Positions 7,708 through 18,275 of a stretch of 64,000 bases of DNA are shown piece after piece. Within the stretch, counting starts at the first letter, position 1, and every line of letters begins with the position of its first letter. The stretch comes from an uncultured delta proteobacterium (lineage in GTDB: Bacteria > Desulfobacterota > Desulfobacteria > Desulfobacterales > UBA2156), in the NCBI GenBank assembly GCA_963736855.1, contig CAVTQK010000015.1, forward strand, positions 512,001 through 576,000, read 5' to 3'. The translations under genes and the position numbers were made by a program. Under the pieces are notes generated by a model. The model was not told the origin of the DNA. It worked only from the letters and a program-made list of their open reading frames with translations, and ran no database searches.

Positions 7708-9969
7708 TCATTTCCGCGTGGCCACGTACACACCATCCCAGTCCTCCGGCGGCGTATTTTCCAAGTAAAGACGACAACGGTTGGACATGACCCTGCATGA
7801 AGAGTCTCCTTCTAGGATGCCGCCACACTCTTCGAAAAGCGTCAATGCCCGATCCCAAGATCGGCGGCGGTATGTTTCCAGGGCTTCGGCATAGACGTCG
7901 AGGAAACGACGCTTTTGTTCCGGGAGCCGGTCTTCCAGGCGGCCCACCAGCTCGAAGATTTTTGCGGCCTGCTTTTTGCCAACCACTCGTACCGAGTCGA
8001 GTTCCCTTACTAGCAATGTTTTTTCCACCATTTTGGCTGTATTTTCTCCGATTAAAATGTCTGTGCCGTAAAGCTTGTTGAGGCCTTCCAACCTGGATGC
8101 GAGGTTCACATGATCCCCCAGGACACCGTAGGTGAAGCGCTGGTCGGATCCCAGGTTTCCCACCAGCATGGGCCCGGAATTGATACCGATCCGGGCGGTC
8201 AGCATGGGACGGTTCATGGCAGACCACTCGAGTTGAAGGGAAAGAAGCCTTTTACGCATGGCCAAGGCCGAAAGGCACGCCTGTTCGGCATGGACAGGGC
8301 TTTCAACAGGCGCCCCGAAGACCGCCATGAGGGCATCACCGATATACATCAGGAGCGTGCCATGAGAGTCGAAAATTTCCTCGGTCATCTTGGTGAAATA
8401 GCTGCTCAGAATGCTCACCAGCTCTTCAGGGGAATAGATTTCTGAATAGGTGGTGAAACCCCTTAAGTCGGAAAAGAGAACCGTGAGCGTTTTGACCTCG
8501 CCCCCCAGTTTGAGCTGCTCGGGATTCTCGAGCATTTCCTCGATGACATCGGAGGCGACGTACTGGGTGAAGACTTTTTTAACTTGGCGCCGTTTCCGTT
8601 CTTCAGTGAAATAGCTCAAGACCGTAATCCCGATGTAAGTCAGCAGCAGCCCTAAGAGCGGGTAAACCATGTTGAGGAGGGTACCGGACCGGACGAAAAG
8701 CTGTTGGACGAAAAGGATATACCCCCCAAAAAGGAAAAGGGCGAAGAACAACCCTTTCAAAGGATTCAGGCGGGATAGACCGAAGCTGATAAGGAGGCAT
8801 AGGATTACGACAGCCAAAATATCAAAGACCCGGATCCAGGGGGGCTGGGCCAGGAAGTGTTCCGTCAGAATGTTGTCGGATACAACGGCATGTAACGCCA
8901 GGCCGGGCGTGGAGGCGCTGAAAGGGGTAATAATGTAGTCGGCGATGCCCATGGCGGCCCCCCCCACGAACACGATCTTGTCCTTGAAGGTCTCCGGTGG
9001 GACCTGTCCCTTGAGAATATCCGTGATGGAGTATTGGGGAACCATCGCCTGGGGGCCGAGGTGGTTGACCGCCATCCTACCGAACTCGTCCGTGGGAATG
9101 AAGATCTTTCCCAGTTGGACGCCCCGGACACCATAAGAGCTGAGCATCACCTCCAAGGGCGGACGATTCAGGAAATGCCATACTGCCTTGACAGCCAGGG
9201 AGGCATACATATCAGCGCCGCAGCGCACCAACAGGGGCGCCCAACGGACGACGCCATCCATATCCTGGGTTTTGTTGAAAAAACCGGAAGAATGGGCTGC
9301 CCTGGAAAGGAGGTCAAGGTTTCCTTGCGGGGCGAACGCTGTGATCATGGGAGGCGGTTCGGTGGCACCGTTGACAAAGCGCATTTTTGGATAGCGGGAA
9401 TTGGCGATCCCTTCCAGGCGGCGCTCGATCTCCAGGGGGGTAATGTCATAGTTGAGATCCGTCCGGCGCATGTGGAAAAAATGGCCCAGCACCACGGCGG
9501 CCCGGGAGCGTTGGATCGCTTCCGCAAGGAGGCGGTCGTTATCTGCATTTTTCCGATAAATGTCAATGAAATCCACAAATCTTTTTTCATGGATGTCCAA
9601 GGAAACGGCTTTATTTTTGATAACATCGATGACTTTCAATGATGAGTTCTCATCCGGATCCAGGAACCCGATATCAAACCCGATGACCTTCGCCCCGCTT
9701 TCCGACAGAGCATCGACGAGCCGAGCCATTTTGAACCGGGGCCAGGGCCACCGGCCTTCAGCTTCCAGACTCTTTTCATCGATCAGCGCCATTATGGCAT
9801 TTCCTGAGGAAGGAATCGGACCTCGGGAAACAAAACGAAGATCGACGGTTTTCAGCTCCATCAATTCCAGGAAGGGGATTCCAATAATAAAAGCCACGAT
9901 CGTCAAGACGAGGATCAAAACGGTGACGGAAATGCGATGCAGTGAAAGGGATTTTAGCAACTGTATCAT
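7708..9969 (-). CDS. CHASE2-domain class III adenylate/guanylate cyclase
   Basis: IDEKSL..GRWPWPR CHASE2 signature; 3 TM; LFSDLRGFT, YIGDALMAVFGAP, YGVLGDHVNLASRLEG. Confidence 0.92.
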   Translation of the reverse strand: MIQLLKSLSLHRISVTVLILVLTIVAFIIGIPFLELMELKTVDLRFVSRGPIPSSGNAIMALIDEKSLEAEGRWPWPRFKMARLVDALSESGAKVIGFDIGFLDPDENSSLKVIDVIKNKAVSLDIHEKRFVDFIDIYRKNADNDRLLAEAIQRSRAAVVLGHFFHMRRTDLNYDITPLEIERRLEGIANSRYPKMRFVNGATEPPPMITAFAPQGNLDLLSRAAHSSGFFNKTQDMDGVVRWAPLLVRCGADMYASLAVKAVWHFLNRPPLEVMLSSYGVRGVQLGKIFIPTDEFGRMAVNHLGPQAMVPQYSITDILKGQVPPETFKDKIVFVGGAAMGIADYIITPFSASTPGLALHAVVSDNILTEHFLAQPPWIRVFDILAVVILCLLISFGLSRLNPLKGLFFALFLFGGYILFVQQLFVRSGTLLNMVYPLLGLLLTYIGITVLSYFTEERKRRQVKKVFTQYVASDVIEEMLENPEQLKLGGEVKTLTVLFSDLRGFTTYSEIYSPEELVSILSSYFTKMTEEIFDSHGTLLMYIGDALMAVFGAPVESPVHAEQACLSALAMRKRLLSLQLEWSAMNRPMLTARIGINSGPMLVGNLGSDQRFTYGVLGDHVNLASRLEGLNKLYGTDILIGENTAKMVEKTLLVRELDSVRVVGKKQAAKIFELVGRLEDRLPEQKRRFLDVYAEALETYRRRSWDRALTLFEECGGILEGDSSCRVMSNRCRLYLENTPPEDWDGVYVATRK

Positions 9970-10255
9970 AAAGGATTCCGATTCAAATTAGGTCGTTAAG
10001 TCGGCGTCACCCAAAACGATTAGGAGCCGGAACCGGTCAGAGCCCAAAAGGCACATAGGGCGCTATCTACCAAAGTCTTATCGACAACACAACGAAAAGT
10101 CGAAACCCCTTGACTCTCATGCCGCTATTTTTTAAAGTATTTATGATAAAAAATGATGGAACCGATTCTGAATCGGTCATCCGGATTCCGCTTTCCGGAA
10201 GCGCGTTGTGCCATTCGCTCTTGAACTATCCACCCACTGGAAAGAGATCGCCAAG

Positions 10256-13200
10256 ATGAAAAAAGCTGAATTTATTGAGCGCATTTGGATACCCACAGTC
10301 ACGCTCTTTTTTCTGGCCGCATGTACCACACCCCTTTCAACGCTTCCTTCTTCCCCTCCGGCACTGAACTCCCTGGATGCCCGGATCCGGTTCATAGGCG
10401 ACATCCCGGCGCCCCGGGTCGCGCGTCTGACGGTCGATGCGGAAAACCGACTGATTGCCGTAAAGCAGGACGGCGGAATGGAATTTTTCAGCCGGAAAAA
10501 GGACAAAGGGACTCCGCTCACTGCTATTGCCGGACAGGCGATGCCTGTCACCAAAAGACCTTTAGGAGCAACCACCGGTGACGGAAAGATCTATGTAACC
10601 GATGCCGGAAGCCACGAGGTGGTTCTCTTGGACCCAAAGGGATCGCGAATCGACAGTTTCGGCAGCCGGGGAAGCGGTCCAAAAGCCTTCAATGTCCCCC
10701 ACGGAATTACATTCATAGAAGACCGGGTCTATGTGGCAGATTCCGGTAACCGGCGCATCCAGATATTGGGTGTCAACGGCGAATATATTACATCCGTGGG
10801 CCCCATCCTGACGGTTAAAGACGAAAAAGCCAAAAAGGCCTTACTGGAAAAGCCTGCACCCAAAGATCCGAACAAAGAAGAACTCGAAAAAATCAAGCTC
10901 ATCTTACGAAAAAAAACCCCGGAAGATGAAAAACCCAAAACGGTATCCCTGATGAATCCCATCGATGTCGCTGTGGACCCCCGGGGATTGATTTATATTG
11001 TGGATGCCGGGGACGACTCTGTCAAGATCTGCGATGCTTCTGGGGAGTTCATCGATAAACTTACACAGGTCAAGTCTCCGCACATCATCGTTGCCGCAAA
11101 AGACGGCATCTATCTGGCAGACCGGGAGAAACTCAGCATCCAAAAATACAGCCATGACATGAAGTTCCTCTATGCCTTCGGGAGCCGAGGCACCGGTCCG
11201 GAGCAGTTCGGCGCCATCGACGACCTTGCCGTTGATGAGGAGGGGCACCTTTTTGTCGCTGACGGAAAGAGGGGGTTGATTCATGAGTTTCTTCCTGACC
11301 CGGAACCCCCCTTTCAGGTATGGACAAAGTCGCCGCCGCCTGCTTCCATCCGATGGGTGATGGATTTGCCCTTAAAAGCCGCCAGGATTGCATGGGATGG
11401 TCAAGAGACCCTGTACGCCGTGGACGGGTCACAGGTATACCGGATTCGAGATGGACGGATCGAACGGATATCCATCAATGAAAAAATGGAACCGGTGGCC
11501 GTGGCCGTGGATCCGGCTGGATTCCCGTGGGTGCTGGACGGTGCCGGCAAGCAGGCCGTGAAAATTGATGCGACAGGCGCGGTACTGGCAAGGCCTTTTC
11601 AGCTCAATGACAAGGCTTTGAACTGGCTTTCAAAAATCAAGGACATTGCCGTGAGTAGTAAAGGGGTGGTTTCCGTGGCCGATTCCGGCAATCGCTGGAT
11701 TTGGATGCAGGCTTTCAAACCTGATGGAACCAGGCTATCCACCGTGATTCGGAACGACAAGTCGGGGAGTATGCTGGAGAGTCCGGTAGCCCTTTCTTTT
11801 GATGAGGCCGACAATCTCTACGTTCTTGACGATCAAGCCAGGCGCATTCATATCTATAGTCCGACCGGTGAACCCGTGGGCTCATTCTCCATCCAGGGCA
11901 AATCAGAGTCCCCCGTCGATCTGTGCGTGATCCATGGCGAAATCTATGTAGCGGATCCCGGTAAAGACCGTATCCAGGTTTTCAGCACACAAGGCGCATT
12001 TCTGCGAGAGATCGGCATCAAGGGGAGTGGAAAAGGAGACTTCATCGACCCTGTCGGAATTGCGGTCAAGGAAGATCTCACCCTTTTTGTGGCTGATTCC
12101 GGAAACTCCAGGATCCAAGTGCTCCAGCAGGCTCTCAACCCCGGGATGCCTTCGGAAGTCAACATCATCCCGGGCATCCGAAGCGTGAACATCGAATGGA
12201 AAAAGAATCCGGAGTCATATCCATTGGACTATAAGATCTATCGTTCGGTTTCGATGGAGGAGCCTTTTAATTATATCGGATCCACAAGAGAAAATCGATT
12301 CTTCGACCAGGATGTCGCAGGAGGAAGGAAATATTTTTATCGGGTGTCCGCACAGGCGGCAAAAGGAAACGAAAGCCTTCCTACCCAGCCGATGGTTGCC
12401 GAACCTGCAGTTTACACCCCACAGGCACCAAAAAACCTCAAGGCCCTGAGCATGGAATGGTCTGTAGAAATTTCCTGGGAATCCGATGACCGGACCTTTG
12501 TCGCCGAGTATGTGATTTACAGGCAGGCCGGAAATCAGAAATTCGAAGTCGGCAGGACCAAAGAAACTGCCTACAAAGACGAATCTTTATCTCCGGATAC
12601 GGCATACACCTATCTCATTACGGCGATAAGCGCCGACGGTCAGGAAGGGCAGCCGGGCACGGTAACCACCAAAACCCGGGTAGCCACCCAGGATCCCATC
12701 GAGATCATGGTGGTCGAGATGCAGAATATCTTCTCCAACGCTTATAAGATCTACGAGGACGAAGGGGTCGGTCGCATCCGAATCCAGAATAATTCCGGGG
12801 ATTTCATCTCGAACCTCAAGATATCCTTCACCATCAAGGAATTCATGGATTTTCCGTCTCAAACCGAGATCCGGGACCTTGAGCCGGGGAAAACCCGCGA
12901 TATTTTACTCAAGGCAGTTTTTAATAACAAAATCCTTAATGTCACGGAAGACACCCCCACTCAGACTGAGATCCGGGCGTCTTACTTTTACAACAACCTG
13001 CCCCGAGAGTTCACCCGCACTTATACAGCCAACATTTATGAGAAGCATCGGATGATGTGGAACATACCCGAGCGTTTTGCGGTTTTCGTGACGCCGAAAG
13101 ACCCGGTGGTCATCGATTTCGTGCGTGCTTCTATCGCTTCAGTTGGAAAGACGGAAAGTGTCATCCAAAGGGCTGCCATCGTTTTCCATGCCCTCGGGGC

Positions 13201-14131
13201 CTTCGGGATCACCTATCTCCCGGACCCGAACAATCCCTATCAGATCACCTCGGAAAAGACCGATATTGTCGATTATCTTCAGTTTCCCAGAGAAACGCTG
13301 AATCGGAAATCCGGGGACTGCGACGATCTCGTAGCCCTTTATGCCACATGCTTAGAAAGCATGGGAATCAGTACCCAGGCCGTGGAGATTCCGGGACATA
13401 TGTTGATGATGTTTTCCACCGATATCGAGTCCGGAAAAAGCGCTGATACCATGAACGGTCTCTTTGTCATCCACCAGGGGCGTCTCTGGGTTCCGGTGGA
13501 GACCACCGTCGTAGGATCCTCCTTTACGAAGGCTTGGGAAAAAGGGAGCGCTTCCTATTACCAATGGGAAAAATTGAATTTGGATACCATCAACATTCAA
13601 TCTTCCTGGCGTCGATTCAAGCCCGCGAGCCTTCCCGAAACCGGCTGGCGGGCACGGGCTGTTTCCCAACAGATCATTGAAGGGCGATTCGGAGGAGAGC
13701 TTGTTGCCCTTAAAAACATTGAATTGAAATTGAAATCTCAAAAATACTATGATATTCTTGCCATAAAGCCCAACGATGCTTATGCTTTGATGCAAATCGG
13801 GATCATCTACGGAAAAGGAGGTTCCACCAAAGAGGCGGTCCGGGCCTTGGACGAAGTGCTGGCAAAGGACCCGAGAAATGCCGCGGCCCTCAACAACAAG
13901 GCCAACGCTTTTTTCATGGAGGGCCGATACGAAGAGGCGGTGCGGCTGTATGAAAAGGCAGGCGTCTTGGAACCGAAGGACCCCTTGATCTGGGTGAATC
14001 AGGCCCGGTGCTATCAGGAGATGAAAGACCTTATCAACGCCAAAAAGGCTTTCCGGAAGGCTTTTGAGCTCGACCGCAGTATAACCGTTAGGTATCGTAT
14101 GATGGCTCTCGAGCTTTTAAGCGGTTTTTAA
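10256..14131 (+). CDS. Large lipoprotein: NHL beta-propellers + FN3 repeats + transglutaminase-like domain + TPR
   Basis: LAAC lipobox; repeated YVADSGNxRIQ NHL units; FN3-like YFYRVSA and YTYLITA; GDCDD...PGH...WVPVETT; C-terminal TPRs (AALNNKAN). Confidence 0.8.
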   Translation: MKKAEFIERIWIPTVTLFFLAACTTPLSTLPSSPPALNSLDARIRFIGDIPAPRVARLTVDAENRLIAVKQDGGMEFFSRKKDKGTPLTAIAGQAMPVTKRPLGATTGDGKIYVTDAGSHEVVLLDPKGSRIDSFGSRGSGPKAFNVPHGITFIEDRVYVADSGNRRIQILGVNGEYITSVGPILTVKDEKAKKALLEKPAPKDPNKEELEKIKLILRKKTPEDEKPKTVSLMNPIDVAVDPRGLIYIVDAGDDSVKICDASGEFIDKLTQVKSPHIIVAAKDGIYLADREKLSIQKYSHDMKFLYAFGSRGTGPEQFGAIDDLAVDEEGHLFVADGKRGLIHEFLPDPEPPFQVWTKSPPPASIRWVMDLPLKAARIAWDGQETLYAVDGSQVYRIRDGRIERISINEKMEPVAVAVDPAGFPWVLDGAGKQAVKIDATGAVLARPFQLNDKALNWLSKIKDIAVSSKGVVSVADSGNRWIWMQAFKPDGTRLSTVIRNDKSGSMLESPVALSFDEADNLYVLDDQARRIHIYSPTGEPVGSFSIQGKSESPVDLCVIHGEIYVADPGKDRIQVFSTQGAFLREIGIKGSGKGDFIDPVGIAVKEDLTLFVADSGNSRIQVLQQALNPGMPSEVNIIPGIRSVNIEWKKNPESYPLDYKIYRSVSMEEPFNYIGSTRENRFFDQDVAGGRKYFYRVSAQAAKGNESLPTQPMVAEPAVYTPQAPKNLKALSMEWSVEISWESDDRTFVAEYVIYRQAGNQKFEVGRTKETAYKDESLSPDTAYTYLITAISADGQEGQPGTVTTKTRVATQDPIEIMVVEMQNIFSNAYKIYEDEGVGRIRIQNNSGDFISNLKISFTIKEFMDFPSQTEIRDLEPGKTRDILLKAVFNNKILNVTEDTPTQTEIRASYFYNNLPREFTRTYTANIYEKHRMMWNIPERFAVFVTPKDPVVIDFVRASIASVGKTESVIQRAAIVFHALGAFGITYLPDPNNPYQITSEKTDIVDYLQFPRETLNRKSGDCDDLVALYATCLESMGISTQAVEIPGHMLMMFSTDIESGKSADTMNGLFVIHQGRLWVPVETTVVGSSFTKAWEKGSASYYQWEKLNLDTINIQSSWRRFKPASLPETGWRARAVSQQIIEGRFGGELVALKNIELKLKSQKYYDILAIKPNDAYALMQIGIIYGKGGSTKEAVRALDEVLAKDPRNAAALNNKANAFFMEGRYEEAVRLYEKAGVLEPKDPLIWVNQARCYQEMKDLINAKKAFRKAFELDRSITVRYRMMALELLSGF

Positions 14132-14157
14132 ACCTATAAGGAATGGGGGAGACAGCG

Positions 14158-14565
14158 ATGAAAAAGATTGCTTTCATAATCGCCATCGTATTTGTGACGA
14201 GCGTTTCGCTGTATGCGGGGGATGCACCCGAGGCTCAGGGGGGATTTTGGGACAAGATGCTCACCAAGGTGAACCAGATCATCCCGAAAAAGAAGGTCGA
14301 AGCTGAAACTTCTATTGCCGGCATCCGCGGTAAAAGCCAAGAGGAAGGGCAAGCCCTTTATTGGAAGGGAGAAGATGCCGTGGTTTCGGTGACCGAAGAA
14401 GAGCTGGAAACCTTCAAAGTCGCGGTGAGGAAAGCATTGGAGGGAGAAAGGGATCAGGCGCTCAAACTATTCCATAGATTCAACGAGTTGTATCCGAATA
14501 GCGCGTTGAAAATCGATGCCCAAAATGCCATCAGCGAACTAAAGGCTGGGGGGTCTAAGACTTAG
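14158..14565 (+). CDS. Exported hypothetical protein with TPR-like C-terminus
   Basis: Signal peptide MKKIAFIIAIVFVTSVSLYA; ALKLFHRFNELYPNS helix pair. Confidence 0.7.
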   Translation: MKKIAFIIAIVFVTSVSLYAGDAPEAQGGFWDKMLTKVNQIIPKKKVEAETSIAGIRGKSQEEGQALYWKGEDAVVSVTEEELETFKVAVRKALEGERDQALKLFHRFNELYPNSALKIDAQNAISELKAGGSKT

Positions 14566-14606
14566 GGCCCCCTTCTAATGGTTAATGATCAGGCCGAGCC
14601 AGATCA

Positions 14607-15587
14607 TTACGCATCCAGGCATGCGAGAATCCTGGATGCGGCGGTTGTCGGAGGAAGTTGCCCGCGTTCGACTTTTCGGATAAGGACCGGTAGAATGGCT
14701 TTGATTTTTGCATTATTGTAAAGCCGATCTTTCATCTCTTCCTCTACCAATGACCACATCCAGTCCAAAGATTGGCGCCTGCGCTTTACATCGAGTTCCC
14801 CCGTTGCCATCAACTTGTTTCGGTGATCCAGAACGACCTTCCATATCGCATCGAGTCCGGTCTGCTCCAGGGCGCTGCATGTCAAGACAGGGGGTCGCCA
14901 GGAGGGGAAAGCGGGTGCCAGGAGGCCTAACGCACTTTCATACTCCTTTTGGGCAAGTCTGGCCCGTTCGATGTTGTCTTCATCGGCCTTGTTGATGGCC
15001 AGCGCATCAGCCATTTCGAGGACCCCTTTCTTGATACCTTGAATTTCATCTCCGGCACCGGCCAGCATCAGCACCAGAAAAAAATCGACCATGGAAGCCA
15101 CCGTTGTTTCACTCTGTCCGACCCCCACCGTTTCGACGAGAATCACGTCAAACCCTGCAGCCTCGCAGATCAGCATCGTTTCACGGGTTTTGCGTGCAAC
15201 GCCTCCCAGGGTCCCTCCGGACGGAGAGGGCCGGATAAAGGCAAAGGAGTGGGTGGACAATTTTTCCATACGGGTTTTATCCGCCATCACGCTTCCGCCG
15301 CTCCGCCGACTGCTCGGATCGACGGCCAGGACTGCCAACCGGTGTCCTTTTTCCACGAGACGCATCCCGAAACTCTCAATGAAAGTGCTCTTCCCAACGC
15401 CGGGAACCCCCGTGATTCCTAGGCGAACGGCGTTGCCGGTGTGAGGAAGAAGTGCGTCAATGATTTGCTGTGCAAGGGCCTGATGGGATGCCAGTCGGCT
15501 TTCAACCAAGGTGATTGTCCTGGAAAGGATTCTGCGATTTTTGGCTAAAACACCCTTAATGAAGTATTCGGGGTCTTGAAGCGTCAT
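14607..15587 (-). CDS. meaB: Methylmalonyl-CoA mutase-associated GTPase MeaB
   Basis: GITGVPGVGKST, AVDPSS, DKTRM, ETVGVGQSE, DEIQGIKKG, NKAD. Confidence 0.93.
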   Translation of the reverse strand: MTLQDPEYFIKGVLAKNRRILSRTITLVESRLASHQALAQQIIDALLPHTGNAVRLGITGVPGVGKSTFIESFGMRLVEKGHRLAVLAVDPSSRRSGGSVMADKTRMEKLSTHSFAFIRPSPSGGTLGGVARKTRETMLICEAAGFDVILVETVGVGQSETTVASMVDFFLVLMLAGAGDEIQGIKKGVLEMADALAINKADEDNIERARLAQKEYESALGLLAPAFPSWRPPVLTCSALEQTGLDAIWKVVLDHRNKLMATGELDVKRRRQSLDWMWSLVEEEMKDRLYNNAKIKAILPVLIRKVERGQLPPTTAASRILACLDA

Positions 15588-15843
15588 TTTCATTCCTCTT
15601 AAAACAAAATGCCGGATGTTGAACAGCAAAAAGGGACTTGTCGCAGGCCCATCGCGTCGAAGACATATCCAACCCATATATTTCTGTCAACCCGAAGCTT
15701 GGCGCCTTTTCGGGCGTTTCCGCAGCAGAACACCGACTTGCGATAAGGGTCGATAGCGTTTGACAAGCCGTTAGGGAATAGAATAAAAGAATACCTTAGC
15801 AGGAACATCAAAAACGGTTTTTCCTAAAATGTGGAGATGATCC

Positions 15844-16452
15844 ATGGATATTAAAAAACACCTCGAAACGGCGTGGAACATGACCCTGAAATTTATTGTT
15901 CCTCTCGTCATTCTAACCCTCGTAATGCTTGCCGTATCCATTGTCACATTGGGGATTCTGGCTCCTGTGGCGTTAGCCGGATATACCCAGTCTCTGCTGC
16001 TTTTGATGCGGACAGGAAGGGAACCCCGGGTCCAGGATATTTTTTCCCAGATGCGCCTGTTTTTGCCCTTGCTGTTTTTTGGAATCGTAACCTTCATTGC
16101 GGTACTCATCGGGTTCTTCCTGATGGTTCTCCCGGGTATTTTGGTGGCCTTGGCCGTTCTCTTCTGCTGTTTCTACATGATCCCACTCATGACGGACCGG
16201 GGGCTGGGTCTAATGGATGCGATCAAGGAAAGCTATGCCATGGCCATGTCCGGAAACAAACAGGACCATGCGGTAGCCGTCCTCATTTTCATCGCCATAA
16301 CAGCGGTCGGCGGATCCATCTTCATCGGGTCGTTATTTACCCAGCCCTTGGCCACACTCTTCTTTCTGTCTGTTTATGAAGAAAAGACCGCCGGGTTTGG
16401 CAAACGGAACCCTGAAGAAAAATCGAGTCCAATCCGGACGAGAGAATCCTGA
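15844..16452 (+). CDS. Integral membrane hypothetical protein
   Basis: 202 aa ORF with several hydrophobic segments; GGAG RBS. Confidence 0.75.
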   Translation: MDIKKHLETAWNMTLKFIVPLVILTLVMLAVSIVTLGILAPVALAGYTQSLLLLMRTGREPRVQDIFSQMRLFLPLLFFGIVTFIAVLIGFFLMVLPGILVALAVLFCCFYMIPLMTDRGLGLMDAIKESYAMAMSGNKQDHAVAVLIFIAITAVGGSIFIGSLFTQPLATLFFLSVYEEKTAGFGKRNPEEKSSPIRTRES

Positions 16453-16585
16453 TCAGGGTTATCTGCAAGATCAACCCTTGTGCGCCCTGTCGTTACATGA
16501 ATGAAACAGCGAGGGTAGTATTCCCGAAATATGAGGATTTCATGAAGCCGATTTTGAAGATCCCGGCTCAAAAGGGAAGCATGTT

Positions 16586-17257
16586 GTGAATGTATGGGTC
16601 ATCGGTTGCGGAAAATTCGGATCCAAGGCCGTGACCCAGTTACTGCGGTCAGCACCGGATGTCTCCATCACAGTGGCGGATCCGAATCCTGAAAAGTTGG
16701 TTCCGTGGGATGGACGGATAGAAATCGTCATCGGTGACGGTATTGAATTTATGACCCGGCATCTTAAAGCCGGGCCGTGGCCCGAATGGATCATTCCTGC
16801 TGCCCCGGTCCATGTGGCCTATCGATGGATCTTGGAAAATGCCTCCGGTGTTCGGCTGGAGACGATTCCCGTGCCGGAGCCCTTTGTTTCAGCGTTTCCG
16901 AATCCGTTCCGTGGAAAAGCAGGCGAGCTTTTTTTAAGCTTTGCTGATTTTCTCTGTCCCGAGGATTGCCCGGAACCGGCAGATACGTGTACGGTAACCG
17001 GCCATCCCAGGAAGGAGAACCTGTACACACTTCTCGAAAACCTCAGCCGACCCGGTTGGCCTTCCGTTGTCATCAGGAGTCGTTTGCTTTTTCCAGGTGT
17101 CGGGGGTTATCCTCCGCGTGCCCTGTATGAAATGAAAAACCGCATTGAAAACATCGAAGGGACCTTTCTTTTGAGTACTGCCTGCCGGTGCCACGGCGTT
17201 CTTCATGCACTCAAAACGGTCCGGATCGCCTTTTCTGAATCCGAGTTACAAGTCTGA
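16586..17257 (+). CDS. Rossmann-fold (TrkA-N-like) protein with a Cys-rich C-terminal domain
   Basis: VIGCGKFG dinucleotide-binding motif; CPEDCPEP..C and STACRCHG. Confidence 0.7.
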   Translation: MNVWVIGCGKFGSKAVTQLLRSAPDVSITVADPNPEKLVPWDGRIEIVIGDGIEFMTRHLKAGPWPEWIIPAAPVHVAYRWILENASGVRLETIPVPEPFVSAFPNPFRGKAGELFLSFADFLCPEDCPEPADTCTVTGHPRKENLYTLLENLSRPGWPSVVIRSRLLFPGVGGYPPRALYEMKNRIENIEGTFLLSTACRCHGVLHALKTVRIAFSESELQV

Positions 17258-17267
17258 TGAGTTCAAG

Positions 17268-18269
17268 ATGACTTCCAAGGAGCTCTTACCTGTGCACATG
17301 AATCGAAGAAGCAAGATATTGTACCGAATGGCCGCCCGGATTATTATTGGCTCTATATTTATGCCGCTTTTGGTCCAAGGAGTGTGCCGGGGATCTGATG
17401 AAGAGAGCAAGATTCCGGTCTTTGTGAGTATTTTGCCCCAGCGCTACTTTGTGATAAAGATCGGGGGTCCGAGGATCCATGTTTCGACCATGGTGCTGCC
17501 GGGGGCAAATCCGCATATCTTCGAGCCCAAGCCGAGCCAAATGGTCGAATTGATCAAGGCGAAGGTTTATTTCGCCGCCGGTGTTCCTTTTGAAACGACC
17601 TGGCTGGCCCGGATCGCATCGGCCAATCCCCGCATGGTCATCGTCCACACCGACGCCGGTATCGAGAAAAAAAACATGGATGTGCATCAATACCATGAGG
17701 CCGAATCCATTTCGGGGAGCCAACCTGCGGATCATGCTCGGCGTTTTCGGGAGAGCCGGACCGGGCATTTACATGAAGGCGAAAAAGATCCGCACACATG
17801 GCTTTCCCCTCCCTTGGCTAAAATCCATGCCCGAAACATACTCAATGCATTGGTGGATGTCGACCCGTCTTTCCAGGGATTGTATGAGGCCAATTATCAA
17901 AAACTGGAAATGGAAATTGATGCAGTGGATGCCCGGTTGAAGGCCGTTTTTTCCGGAGTCGGTCAGAGGACAGCGTTCATGGTATTTCACCCGGCATGGG
18001 GGTACTTTGCAGAAACTTACAATCTCAAGCAGGTTCCGGTGGAGATGGAAGGAAAAGAGCCGAAACCTGCAGATCTTCGGCATTTGATCCGCTGGGCGAA
18101 AAATAATAATATCAAGGCTATTTTTACACAGAAACAGTTTTCCGCCAAAAGCGCGGAAGTGATTGCGGGAGCCATCAACGCTCAGGTCATCTATGCCGAT
18201 CCGCTTGCAGAGGAGTGGTCGGAAAACCTGCTTCTTGTGGCTGAGAAATTCAGGGATGCCTTGAGGTAG
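17268..18269 (+). CDS. znuA: Zn/Mn ABC transporter substrate-binding protein (start uncertain)
   Basis: NPHIFEP, His-rich loop, DPHTWLSP, FHPAWGYF. Confidence 0.88.
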   Translation: MTSKELLPVHMNRRSKILYRMAARIIIGSIFMPLLVQGVCRGSDEESKIPVFVSILPQRYFVIKIGGPRIHVSTMVLPGANPHIFEPKPSQMVELIKAKVYFAAGVPFETTWLARIASANPRMVIVHTDAGIEKKNMDVHQYHEAESISGSQPADHARRFRESRTGHLHEGEKDPHTWLSPPLAKIHARNILNALVDVDPSFQGLYEANYQKLEMEIDAVDARLKAVFSGVGQRTAFMVFHPAWGYFAETYNLKQVPVEMEGKEPKPADLRHLIRWAKNNNIKAIFTQKQFSAKSAEVIAGAINAQVIYADPLAEEWSENLLLVAEKFRDALR

Positions 18270-18275
18270 CCGGTC

